A stretch of 64,000 bases of DNA, from contig JAJPKA010000018.1 in the NCBI GenBank assembly GCA_021323945.1, forward strand, positions 162,853 through 226,852. The letters are read 5' to 3'. Shown piece after piece: positions 28,158 through 37,578 of this stretch. Position 1 is the stretch's first letter. Every line of letters starts with the position of its first letter. Below the pieces are notes generated by a model. That model saw only the letters and a list, made by a program, of their open reading frames with translations. It searched no databases and was not told the origin of the DNA. The DNA is from Pseudomonadota bacterium (GTDB lineage: Bacteria > Desulfobacterota > Binatia > Binatales > Binataceae). Made by a program: the position numbers and the translations under genes.

Positions 28158-29039
28158 ATGGCACGGTGGTTTGCACTTGAGGAGCCGGCTGCCCTGAAGC
28201 GAGGTCGATCCATACGTGGAGTGGAATGCCGTTGGCTTGGTTGGTGCAGGCAAGAATTTTTGGGCGTGGCAATATTGACGTTGGTCGTGGCGCCGGCCTC
28301 TGCTCTAGGATTTGAGATTAGGCAAGCCGGCAAGCTTCAGGTCTCACCGAAAGCCCAACTGTTCGCGTTTTCGACTGACCCCATAATCCAAGAGGTGTTG
28401 AGCCAGGATTTTCAAGCTGCCTCACGGAGCTCGATCGTTGGAGCGGCCTCGACCGTGACCGTTTCAGTCAACGTGACCCAACAGGTCCTGCGGCCGGGGA
28501 TTTCGCTCGCCCAAATCGCTCCCGGCGATCCCCAGGTCGCGGATCTGATAAAAGCAGCCGGAGCCAACCCGCCGCCACTGGGTGATACTGGGACCGAATA
28601 CGATCAGGCGGCTCTGGCGCGCAGATTAGCCGCCCGTGACTATATGCCCGAGAACACCATAAGTGACCGCCTGATTAATTCAAGTGCCGGTCCAGAACCT
28701 TACTTCCCTGGCATCGGTCCTCCAATTCCCCTGCCTTGCAGCGCCCAGACGGTTGCGCGACCGGGATGTCCACCGGTGCCGCAAAGCACCGTATCAGCCA
28801 CAACGACCCCCGGTCGCTCAGTTGGCGACATTGACCAATATCTGGCACGCAGAAGCCACGACCGCAATTGGTTTGGGGTTCCAGACAGTAACGACTACGA
28901 TACAATTATAGTCGCGCGGGCGTCTGCAACCGGATCGGCCGAGGAGATGACCCTGGTTGCAGTGGCTCATCCTGGCGAAGACATCGTGATGACAAAGAAA
29001 AACATCGCAGAGCGAATAGCCAGTAGTGTACTCAATTAA
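28158..29039 (+). CDS. Hypothetical exported protein
   Basis: Long ORF with signal-like segment LGVAILTLVVAPASA and a Pro-rich region with two Cys; no family recognised; start uncertain. Confidence 0.55.
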   Translation: MARWFALEEPAALKRGRSIRGVECRWLGWCRQEFLGVAILTLVVAPASALGFEIRQAGKLQVSPKAQLFAFSTDPIIQEVLSQDFQAASRSSIVGAASTVTVSVNVTQQVLRPGISLAQIAPGDPQVADLIKAAGANPPPLGDTGTEYDQAALARRLAARDYMPENTISDRLINSSAGPEPYFPGIGPPIPLPCSAQTVARPGCPPVPQSTVSATTTPGRSVGDIDQYLARRSHDRNWFGVPDSNDYDTIIVARASATGSAEEMTLVAVAHPGEDIVMTKKNIAERIASSVLN

Positions 29040-29120
29040 GTTATCCCAGACATGCTGCTGGACGACAGCGCGTTAATCATGGCGAGCAAACTGACCCAGT
29101 CAGTTCAGTATGGATCCACA

Positions 29121-29564
29121 CTAGCGGGAGTGAATGGGTACTCGACGCGGATGAGATTGCTCGGGCAAGGGAACAATTAATTCCAGCACGCCGTTGTTGT
29201 AAGAAGCACTAATTTGGTCCGGGTTAACTCCACCCGGTAATTTTATGACCCGCTCAAAACTCCCGTATACCACCTCGCGGTGCATGAAATCGCGACCCTT
29301 TTCTTCGTGCTTCTGTTCGCGCTTGCCTCTGATAGTCAGTTGATCACCGCTGGCTGTGATCTCAACATCCTTCGGGTCGACTCCGGGCAAATCGGCTCTT
29401 ACCACCAGGTTGCCACTCTCGACGTACGATTCGAGGGGAGGATGGGGCGTCTGCTCCTGACGAGAAAAACGGCGACCTAAGAACCGGTCAAAAACATCGT
29501 CGAAATCGCGTCGGAAACGGTCCAATTCGCGAAAGGGTGACCACGATTGAGTATCGCTCGCCAT
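29121..29564 (-). CDS. Small heat-shock protein (Hsp20/alpha-crystallin)
   Basis: WSPFREL, ADLPGV, LTIRG, YGSFERVIKLP, ASYNNGVLEL. Confidence 0.96.
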   Translation of the reverse strand: MASDTQSWSPFRELDRFRRDFDDVFDRFLGRRFSRQEQTPHPPLESYVESGNLVVRADLPGVDPKDVEITASGDQLTIRGKREQKHEEKGRDFMHREVVYGSFERVIKLPGGVNPDQISASYNNGVLELIVPLPEQSHPRRVPIHSR

Positions 29565-29781
29565 GATTGCTGCACTCCCCTTTGCACTCGTCTATTTTAA
29601 CCTAATCATCCGGGCAGCATCAGCAAGCATCAGGCTTCGTTGATGCTGCGTGATACCTGACGAGGCAAAGAAATCCGTGGCTGGTCCAGCTACTTCCGGC
29701 AACGTGAGATTGGTGTAACAGAGCGTAAACAATGACCGGCTTGCGCCAAAACAAGTGCAGTCGGGCGCATCCCCTTTGCGC

Positions 29782-30345
29782 CTACCTTCTCCAGTTCCCG
29801 ACGAGGGGTAGCGCGGATGGTTGTGAGTCTTGGGTCTCGGCAGAGGATGGAGCAGAGCTTAGTGCTCCCTGAAAAGTCGGTGCTTCGAGATTGGAATGGC
29901 GAGATTGGACGATGTAAGCGCCGATCATCACCGCAATTAACGCCCCAAAGAGTATTGGTCCCGCCCAATTGCGACGGCGGTGACGCTGACTATTTTCGAA
30001 GGATGGCGCAGAGCCCATCAGCGGTGGGCTGTTATCCGTTTGCTGGACGTGGCGCACTAAACGCATTGCGATTTCGTCCTGATCGATCTCGAGAAAACTC
30101 GCATATTTGCGCAGAAAGGGAAGCAGATAGAGTCGATCAGATATGAGATTGTAATCGTCGTCTTCAAGCATCCGAATGTAATGCGCCGGGATGCGCGTCT
30201 GCTGCACCACCGTTTCACGTGAGAGTCCACGTCGCTCACGGGCTGCGACTAATGATTGACCCAAGCTTGAGTCTTGCCCTTGTTTATTCCTTGCGGCATC
30301 CGGCCGGTTTCCACCCACGCTCCTACCCCTCATCCATGGGTTCAA
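29782..30345 (-). CDS. RodZ-like HTH membrane protein (short form)
   Basis: LGQSLVAARERRGLS..TRIP..LEDD, FLRKYASFL, one TM helix; start uncertain. Confidence 0.75.
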   Translation of the reverse strand: MNPWMRGRSVGGNRPDAARNKQGQDSSLGQSLVAARERRGLSRETVVQQTRIPAHYIRMLEDDDYNLISDRLYLLPFLRKYASFLEIDQDEIAMRLVRHVQQTDNSPPLMGSAPSFENSQRHRRRNWAGPILFGALIAVMIGAYIVQSRHSNLEAPTFQGALSSAPSSAETQDSQPSALPLVGNWRR

Positions 30346-30446
30346 TTACGAAGTGACGACTCTCGCGGACTGATAAAATCTTATAGCTGCTGTTATCACC
30401 AAACAATACCTTGTGTCATAATTAAAGGCATGTTCACGCTGATGGA

Positions 30447-32270
30447 TTAGTCGACAGAACACCGAGCATTTCCCCCAGTGTCCGCGTTGGTCAGCGCCAC
30501 TTTCTTACCCTCGCACCCGATCGGTCGCGGCTTGGCTGAGAGTAGCCTCGCTAATTCTGAAACATCCGAGCGGTTAGCGACCAACACGATGCACTGACCG
30601 CTGCGCCACGCATCCCTGAGTTGTACATTTGTTGCAAACACGCTTCCGGTTGCCGCCCGAGGCCCAAACGGTTGGAGCTCTCCGCGATAATTCACCAAGA
30701 CCTCTCTCAATCCCGTGTAGAAAGGCAGCGCCTGCTCGAAATGCCCGAATGACATCAATTTGCAGCGACTGCCAGCGTACCGGCTGATAGCCCCGGCGAG
30801 TTGTCGGTAAGAAACCAGAGAGGCGACTCGCTCGCGCGCATGAATAGCTGTCCCCATTTCCATGAGAACAATGATGACCAGCCCGAGTACCCTCACCGGG
30901 GTCGTGCTCGAAGTGAGAAGCACCGAGACGATTCCCATCGCAATCAAGATCAGCGCGATGATTCGGCTATCGCCGCTGAGGGCCTGCTTTAAAGGCACTG
31001 AGGGAATGACGAAGCCAAGAAGGATTAGGACAAGAGCGGCGGTTATATTGATAGCCGCAAAGACGCGAAAGATTCGCCGGCGCACAATCATCTTGTAATT
31101 GCCCGTGATGAGCAGGCCCCGGCCGGCTAGGATGGCAAGCGGAGGCAGTCCGGGAAGGATGTACTCACCAAGTTTCGAGCGTGGTATTGAGAAAAAGACG
31201 AAAACAACCCCAAACCAGATCGCCAGAAAATGTAAGCCTGCTCGCCAGAATTTCGTCGTACCTTCGAGTGATGGAGCCCCCTCGAGTGAAGCAGTTGATC
31301 CGCCGCAAGTCTTTCCGAAGGGCCAATAGGATTGCAACGTCGCTATCGGGACGACCGCGAACAGAATGAAGTAAAACCAAGGCCACGTCCCTGCGATCGT
31401 AATCGGAACGTAAAACCACAGACCCCAACTGTGTTCAGTGTTCTCGACATACCGCTGAAAATGTTCATGGATTAGAAAGAATTTGACGAAGCCGGGGTTT
31501 CGTAGCCCGACGATCACGAACCATGGCAGCGTCAAACAGAGATACAAGCTTAGGCATCGAAGCCAAGGCAACTCCAGAACGAGCTTCAGACGCCGCTCGA
31601 CCAGCAGCCACAGGAACACGATGACTGCCGCCAGGACCAGAGCTACAGGACCCTTGGTCAACGTTCCCAGGGCGAGCATGCCTGCTCCCGTAACCAGCCA
31701 CTTAACGTCAACACCCCGCGCCCAGTCGCCACCACGGAAGCCGGCATAAACGCATCCCATCGCCGCGGCGAAGAAAAAGGCAAGTGCCGGGTCCGGAGTC
31801 GCAAAACGCGAGAAGGCGAAAAACAGGGGACTGAGTGCCAGCGCGATCCCTGATAGTATGCCAGTCGCAGGCCCGAACATGCGCTCTCCAAGGGCTGCGG
31901 TTATCCCCACCTGGCCCGCACTGGCCAGGGCGGCCTGCAGTCGCACCGCGAATTCGTCGTGCCCAAAGACTCTTAAGCAGGCGGCAGTTATCCAGTACAC
32001 CAGAGGCGGCTTTTCGAGGTACCGGACAAAATTGTTGTGCGGGGTGACATAGTCACCACTGATGACCATCTCGCGAGCAACTTCGGCATAACGCCCCTCG
32101 TCGGGCTCCCATAATGGCGGTCGCCCCAACGCGGGCAAGTATATGATCAGGGCGAAGGCCGCCAACAATAGCCCTCGATGGTTCGAGATCCGAGCGAATG
32201 GCCGGCGATTTCCTGGCACGTTTTTAAGGGTACCGTGAGGGCAAGAAGGATAAAATTGAGCGCTAAACAC
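30447..32270 (-). CDS. arnT: ArnT/PMT-family (GT83) undecaprenyl-phosphate-sugar transferase
   Basis: LWEPDEGRYAEVAREM, YLEKPPLVYW, LTKGP, EHFQRY, SKLGEYILP; multiple TM helices. Start uncertain. Confidence 0.85.
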   Translation of the reverse strand: MFSAQFYPSCPHGTLKNVPGNRRPFARISNHRGLLLAAFALIIYLPALGRPPLWEPDEGRYAEVAREMVISGDYVTPHNNFVRYLEKPPLVYWITAACLRVFGHDEFAVRLQAALASAGQVGITAALGERMFGPATGILSGIALALSPLFFAFSRFATPDPALAFFFAAAMGCVYAGFRGGDWARGVDVKWLVTGAGMLALGTLTKGPVALVLAAVIVFLWLLVERRLKLVLELPWLRCLSLYLCLTLPWFVIVGLRNPGFVKFFLIHEHFQRYVENTEHSWGLWFYVPITIAGTWPWFYFILFAVVPIATLQSYWPFGKTCGGSTASLEGAPSLEGTTKFWRAGLHFLAIWFGVVFVFFSIPRSKLGEYILPGLPPLAILAGRGLLITGNYKMIVRRRIFRVFAAINITAALVLILLGFVIPSVPLKQALSGDSRIIALILIAMGIVSVLLTSSTTPVRVLGLVIIVLMEMGTAIHARERVASLVSYRQLAGAISRYAGSRCKLMSFGHFEQALPFYTGLREVLVNYRGELQPFGPRAATGSVFATNVQLRDAWRSGQCIVLVANRSDVSELARLLSAKPRPIGCEGKKVALTNADTGGNARCSVD

Positions 32271-32352
32271 CGATGCTATCTCTGCGATAGAGGTTCAGTG
32301 GGGGGTCGGCTATCCAGAGGCCTGCTTTAATCGCCGGTCTTGGTTTGCCAAA

Positions 32353-33411
32353 ATGGCGGACAATCGCCTGCCGGCGATAAAGATAAAATTGGGGTCTCCA
32401 GCACAAGCACAGAATATTGCTGCGAACGGCGCGCCCGCCAAGCGTGAATCCGTCGCAATCGTAGTCCCCGTATTCAACGAAGCCGCGAACCTGCCCGTGC
32501 TGTGGTCCCGGCTGCAGGGCGTTTTGGCGGATCCGTCACGCGAATGGGAAGTGGTTTTTGTAGATGACGGCTCGACCGATCGCTCGTTGGAGATCCTTCG
32601 CGAATACAGTCAGCAGGACGACCGCGTCCGGGTGGTGGAGCTCGCGCGAAATTTCGGCCAGCATTCGGCACTGCTCGCGGGATTTAGAAACTGCCATGCC
32701 GACGTCATCGTCACGTTGGATGCGGACCTGCAGAATCCCCCGGAGGAAATTCCCAAACTGCTCCGTGCGATCGCAGAAGGCAATGATGTCGTAGGAGGTT
32801 GGCGCGAAGAGCGGCAAGATCGACCGTACCGTCGATTGGCCTCGCGGCTGCACAATCGGATCACTTCTGCGATCGTCGGCGTTCCGATGCATGATTATGG
32901 GTGCATGCTACGTGCCTACCGGCGCCACATTGTTGACACTGTCGTGGCCTGCGACGAAAAGGCCGCTTTCGTACCCGCGTTGGCCAATACGTTTGCCAAA
33001 AAGGTAGCTGAGATTCCGGTAGCACACGCTGCGCGTCTTGATGGCAACTCGAAGTACAACCTGTTTCGCCTGATTCATTTGAGTCTGAATCTGATAACCG
33101 GATTTTCCAATTTTCCGATTCAGGCCATGAGTCTGGCGGCCATCGGAATCTTTCTCCTGGACGCGATTTTTGTTGCTGCTTTGTTGGTTCATCGCCTCGC
33201 CTACGGTCCGCAGCAGGAGGGTGCGGTCTGGGTGCTATTTGCATTCACATTTGCATTGCTGGGTTTGGTCATGCTCGCCCTTGGGCTCATCGGCGAATAT
33301 ATCGGGCGCATCTATCTGGAGGTGCGTCGCCGTCCGACCTACATCGTACGAGCCGTTCATAGTCGCGGGCTCACCGATGGTGAGTTAAAGCGCAATGTGC
33401 TGGATGAATGA
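32353..33411 (+). CDS. arnC: Undecaprenyl-phosphate glycosyltransferase, ArnC-like GT2
   Basis: VVPVFNE, VDDGSTD, RNFGQHSA, LDADLQNPPEEIP, DYGCMLRAYRR, GEYIGRIY..VRRRPTY. Confidence 0.85.
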   Translation: MADNRLPAIKIKLGSPAQAQNIAANGAPAKRESVAIVVPVFNEAANLPVLWSRLQGVLADPSREWEVVFVDDGSTDRSLEILREYSQQDDRVRVVELARNFGQHSALLAGFRNCHADVIVTLDADLQNPPEEIPKLLRAIAEGNDVVGGWREERQDRPYRRLASRLHNRITSAIVGVPMHDYGCMLRAYRRHIVDTVVACDEKAAFVPALANTFAKKVAEIPVAHAARLDGNSKYNLFRLIHLSLNLITGFSNFPIQAMSLAAIGIFLLDAIFVAALLVHRLAYGPQQEGAVWVLFAFTFALLGLVMLALGLIGEYIGRIYLEVRRRPTYIVRAVHSRGLTDGELKRNVLDE

Positions 33412-33420
33412 GCGCGAGGA

Positions 33421-34374
33421 GTGCTGGTTTCTATGGTTTTGGCGACTGAGGCGCGGTGCGTGCTATTTGCTTATCACGAGATTGGTTACGTGTGCATGAG
33501 CGAATTATTGGCGCTCGACGTGCCGATCGTCGCCCTGTTCACTCATCGCGACGATCCGGCGGAGGAGGTCTGGTGGAGATCGTGTGAGGAGCTCGCGCGC
33601 CGTCACGGGATTCCGGTTTTTGTGACCGAAGATTTCGATTCCGGTTTGATTGCAACTGTCAGACGACTGAGTCCTTCGATTTTATATTCGTTCTTTTATC
33701 GAAGACTGTTGCCGGAAGAGCTGTTGAGAGTTGCGCCCCTGGGCAGTTTCAACTTGCACACATCGCTTTTGCCAAAATATCGGGGCCGATCACCGATCAA
33801 TTGGATGATTATTAATGGTGAGACTCAGGCGGGTGTTACCCTCCATCATATGGTTGCTCGCGCTGACGCCGGCGACATCGTTGCGCAGCTTGCGGTCGAA
33901 CTCACCGAGGACGACACTGCCCTGACTCTCTATCGCAAACTGCTTCCTCTGGCTGCCTCGGTGATTCGGGAATATCACCCGCTAATTGCCGCGGGGTGCG
34001 CACCTCGCCGCGCGCAGGACTTGCGCCAGGGCAGCTATTTCGGCAGGCGCCGCCCAGAGGACGGCCGCATTGACTGGAACTGGCCGGCTCGGCGAATTTA
34101 CAACCTGATTCGTGGCGTGACTCATCCTTACCCCGGGGCCTTTTGCTTTGTCGAAGGACGAAAATTGATGGTCTGGGAGGCTCGCGTTACTCATGACTCG
34201 GGGAGCTTTGGCGAGCACGGCCGCCTCATCAATAGCGATCGGGACTGGGTTGAGGTCGCGGCCGGACAAGGCAGTCTCGCGATCCTACGTGCTCAATTCG
34301 ACGGCGAGGCTGAGGCTGATCCGGTAAGCGTGCTTACCGAAGCAGGCTTCCCATTAACAGTTCGACTGCAATAA
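33421..34374 (+). CDS. Formyltransferase, homologous to the ArnA N-terminal domain
   Basis: FAYHEIG, FFYR, NLHTSLLPKYRGRSP, RADAGDIV, SYFGRRRPEDG, HPYPGAF. Confidence 0.9.
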   Translation: MLVSMVLATEARCVLFAYHEIGYVCMSELLALDVPIVALFTHRDDPAEEVWWRSCEELARRHGIPVFVTEDFDSGLIATVRRLSPSILYSFFYRRLLPEELLRVAPLGSFNLHTSLLPKYRGRSPINWMIINGETQAGVTLHHMVARADAGDIVAQLAVELTEDDTALTLYRKLLPLAASVIREYHPLIAAGCAPRRAQDLRQGSYFGRRRPEDGRIDWNWPARRIYNLIRGVTHPYPGAFCFVEGRKLMVWEARVTHDSGSFGEHGRLINSDRDWVEVAAGQGSLAILRAQFDGEAEADPVSVLTEAGFPLTVRLQ

Positions 34375-34408
34375 CAGTCGGAAAAGAATTGTCAGGCGAT
34401 TAGCTTAC

Positions 34409-35374
34409 ATGCGGGTTTTGATCACAGGCGGAGCCGGTTTCCTGGGTTCGCATCTTTCAGACTCATTCATTGAGCGCGGGGATGAAGTGTTCGTGCTTGA
34501 CACCGGCTCGATTGCCAAAGTCCGGCATCTGCTCGACCATCCGCGCTTCCATTATATCCACGACTCGATTTTTAATCTCGAACTACTGGATGGCCTGGCT
34601 GCCAAGGTTGATCTCATCTATCATCTGGCCGCCGTGGTCGGCGTTGAACATTATGTCGCCGATCCGTATGAAACCCTGAACGTCAACGTGAACGGGACTC
34701 AGAACGTTCTCAAAGTTGCTTACAAGTACAATCGTAAACTGGTGTTCAGTTCAACGTCGGAAATCTACGGACGCAACCCCAAAGTCCCATGGCGAGAAGA
34801 TGACGATCGCGTACTGGGCGCGACCACAATTGATCGCTGGTGTTATTCGACCTCCAAAGCGGTGGGCGAACATTTCTGTTTTGCCTACCACAAACTGGGA
34901 TTGCCGGTCACCGTCTTACGGTATTTCAACGTGTACGGTCCGCGGCTCGACCGAGTGGATGTCGGCCGGTTATTCACTATTTTCATGGGGCAGCTACTGC
35001 GCAATGCCGACTTGACGGTCATCGGCGACGGCTCCCAGACTCGCTGTTTCACCTTTGTCAGCGACGCGGTTGCGGCCACCGTCGCTGCCGGACTGAACGA
35101 TGCTGCCAATGGTCATGCAGTGAACGTCGGGGTCGACGTGGAGACCTCGGTGCTGGAATTTGCACAACTGATGCTGGAACTGTATGGCAGTACCAAATCC
35201 AAGATCAGATTCGTGTCGCAGGAAGAAGTCTACGGCGCGGGCTATGAGGATATTCCGCGCCGCGTGCCGGATAACACCAAAATGCGCAATTTGCTCGGAG
35301 TTGAACCGAAAGTGTCCCTGAAAGAGGGCACCAAAATGGCCATCGACTGGTTTCGCCGCGAAGCCAATCGCTAG
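34409..35374 (+). CDS. NAD-dependent UDP-glucuronate dehydrogenase/decarboxylase-like SDR (ArnA C-terminal homologue)
   Basis: ITGGAGFLG, STSEIYG, RWCYSTSK (YxxxK), FNVYGPRLD, GDGSQTRCF, YEDIPRRVP. Confidence 0.85.
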   Translation: MRVLITGGAGFLGSHLSDSFIERGDEVFVLDTGSIAKVRHLLDHPRFHYIHDSIFNLELLDGLAAKVDLIYHLAAVVGVEHYVADPYETLNVNVNGTQNVLKVAYKYNRKLVFSSTSEIYGRNPKVPWREDDDRVLGATTIDRWCYSTSKAVGEHFCFAYHKLGLPVTVLRYFNVYGPRLDRVDVGRLFTIFMGQLLRNADLTVIGDGSQTRCFTFVSDAVAATVAAGLNDAANGHAVNVGVDVETSVLEFAQLMLELYGSTKSKIRFVSQEEVYGAGYEDIPRRVPDNTKMRNLLGVEPKVSLKEGTKMAIDWFRREANR

Positions 35375-35394
35375 GCCAGCTTGTCGACCATGCA

Positions 35395-37563
35395 GTGAAC
35401 GCATCAACGGAGCAGCGCCAACAGCTTGAGGGTACTCTCGAACAGATCCTTTTCGCCAACGATAACAATGGCTATGTTGTCGGCCTGCTCGACATTAACG
35501 AAGAGGGACGGCGGCGCCGGATTACAATTGTCGGGAACCTGGGCGGCATTGAGGTAGGCGGCGCGCTCCGCCTTTTCGGTCGTTTTGAGAATCATCCAAA
35601 GTATGGTGAGCAGTTCCGGGTGGAAGAATATGAACTGCTTCGCCCTGCAGGACTGGCAGCACTTGAACGATATTTGGCCGCGGAGATCAAGGGAGTCGGT
35701 CCCGTCTTCGCACGCCGCATCGTGGCCCACTTTGGCGATTCGCTGACAACGGTTTTGGACACTGCGCCAGAGCGATTAAACGAGGTCGTGGGCCTGCCGC
35801 GCCGGGTCGTCCGTCACATCGCAACAGCCTGGCAGGATTCTTCGGGCTTGCGGGAACTGACTGTCTTTTTGCGGGGACACGGAATCGGTGGGATCCACGC
35901 GAAGCGAATTCATGGCGCTTATGGGCGCGACTCACTGGCCAGGATCCGCAGCGATCCTTATATTTTGGCCCGGACGATTAGCGGGATCGGTTTTCGCACC
36001 GCCGATGCGATCGCAGAAAAGCTTGGTATTCCGCGCGACTCACTCCAGCGTGCCCGCGCCGCGCTTGTCTATCTGCTCGAACGTATGGCCGAGAATGGCC
36101 ACGTCTTTGCACCTTTCGAGTATCTCGCGAGCCAGTTTGAATCCGTGTTGGAAATGGACTCGGCACTGGCACGCCAGGCCTTGGACAGCCTTGAGCAGAG
36201 TGGCGAGCTGCGGAGCGAGCTTGCCGACGATTACACGGCCGTCTACCTGCGGCGACTCTACCAAGCCGAAGTTACTGTCGCCGAGCGCGTTCGGATGCTC
36301 TCGGCGGGGCGAGCGATGGGCGAGAATGCCGTTGAACGCGCTGTCAGAACGGCGGCCGAAAATTCTGGTGAACTGAAGTTGACGGATGAACAGCATCGGG
36401 CCCTCAGAGCCGTCCTAAAAAGCAGGACCGCAATCATCACTGGCGGACCGGGAACCGGTAAAACTACACTTTTGCGCTGGCTGCTACGGGCGCTGGATGC
36501 GGCTGGCGTGAAGCCGACCTTGGCGGCGCCCACCGGTCGCGCCGCGCGTCGGCTTGCCGAAACTTGCGGCCGAGAGGCTAAGACGATCCATCGCCTGTTG
36601 GAATACTCCTCAGAAACTGGGAACTTTCTTCGTTCTGAGACCCTGCCCTTGCGCAGTAATTTCCTCGTGATCGATGAGGCTTCGATGATGGACATCGAAC
36701 TGGCATCGAGTGTCTTGCGCGCTCTGATGCCGGGTTCGTCGCTCCTGCTGGTCGGCGACCGCGACCAGTTGCCATCCATCGGACCGGGGACTGTGCTGAA
36801 GGATGCGATTGACTCGGGGATAGCACCAGTCGCGCAGTTGCGCGAGGTGCATCGACAGGCGGGTCGGAGCAAGATCGTGGCCAATGCCCATCGCATCAAT
36901 CGCGGCGAGCTTCCGGAAATCGACAACGACCCAAATGGCGACTTCTTCTTCTTCGAACGCAATGCGCCCGAGGACATCGTGGCGACCATCAAGCAATTGG
37001 TGCATACGCGCCTGGTCGGACACTTCGGCATCGAGGATTCGCGCGACATTCAGATATTGACACCAATGAATCGTGGACCGCTTGGTACACAGTTCCTCAA
37101 CCGCGAACTGCAGCATCTGCTTAATCCGACCGGTCGTGAACTACGCGTCGGTGACCGATTTTTTCGCGAAGGCGACCGTGTAATCCAGCTGCGCAATAAT
37201 TACGAGAAAGCGGTGTTCAACGGTGCGATTGGCCGCGTCGTTTCGGTGGATGTGGCGCGGGGCCGGGTCGCGGTTTCGTTCGAAGAGGGCAGTGCCGAGT
37301 ATGACGTGGCGGAACTCGATGAGTTGGGTCTTGGCTATGCGATCTCGATCCACAAAAGCCAGGGCAGCCAATATCCCGCAGTTGTAATGCCCATTCATCA
37401 GACGCATTACCTGATGCTGCGCCGAAACCTGCTCTATACCGCGGTCACCCGAGCCGAGCGAGTATGCGTGCTGGTCGGCAGTCGTAGCGCATTGGCCCAG
37501 GCCGTGCGCAACGAGGACGAACGTCGCCGATTCAGCCGGCTCGCCGAACGATTACGGCAATAA
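35395..37563 (+). CDS. recD2: ATP-dependent RecD2-like DNA helicase
   Basis: HPKYGEQF, IKGVG, GIGFRTAD, TGGPGTGKT, APTGRAA, DEASM, GDRDQL, HKSQGSQY, YTAVTRA. Confidence 0.95.
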   Translation: MNASTEQRQQLEGTLEQILFANDNNGYVVGLLDINEEGRRRRITIVGNLGGIEVGGALRLFGRFENHPKYGEQFRVEEYELLRPAGLAALERYLAAEIKGVGPVFARRIVAHFGDSLTTVLDTAPERLNEVVGLPRRVVRHIATAWQDSSGLRELTVFLRGHGIGGIHAKRIHGAYGRDSLARIRSDPYILARTISGIGFRTADAIAEKLGIPRDSLQRARAALVYLLERMAENGHVFAPFEYLASQFESVLEMDSALARQALDSLEQSGELRSELADDYTAVYLRRLYQAEVTVAERVRMLSAGRAMGENAVERAVRTAAENSGELKLTDEQHRALRAVLKSRTAIITGGPGTGKTTLLRWLLRALDAAGVKPTLAAPTGRAARRLAETCGREAKTIHRLLEYSSETGNFLRSETLPLRSNFLVIDEASMMDIELASSVLRALMPGSSLLLVGDRDQLPSIGPGTVLKDAIDSGIAPVAQLREVHRQAGRSKIVANAHRINRGELPEIDNDPNGDFFFFERNAPEDIVATIKQLVHTRLVGHFGIEDSRDIQILTPMNRGPLGTQFLNRELQHLLNPTGRELRVGDRFFREGDRVIQLRNNYEKAVFNGAIGRVVSVDVARGRVAVSFEEGSAEYDVAELDELGLGYAISIHKSQGSQYPAVVMPIHQTHYLMLRRNLLYTAVTRAERVCVLVGSRSALAQAVRNEDERRRFSRLAERLRQ

Positions 37564-37578
37564 TCCCGATCCCTTCGG

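Noticed and set aside
28159..28175. Sigma54-like TGGCACGGTGGTTTGCA
   Set aside because: GG-to-GC spacing is one base too long, and sigma54 spacing is strict.
29571..29607. Canonical CIRCE element before hsp20
   Set aside because: Only half-site-like sequences in direct orientation; the inverted partner at 9-nt spacing is missing.
36258..37049. 263-aa antisense ORF inside recD2 (and similar shadow ORFs throughout the window)
   Set aside because: It lies opposite a well-supported gene, has no recognisable motifs, and is expected from GC-rich codon bias.
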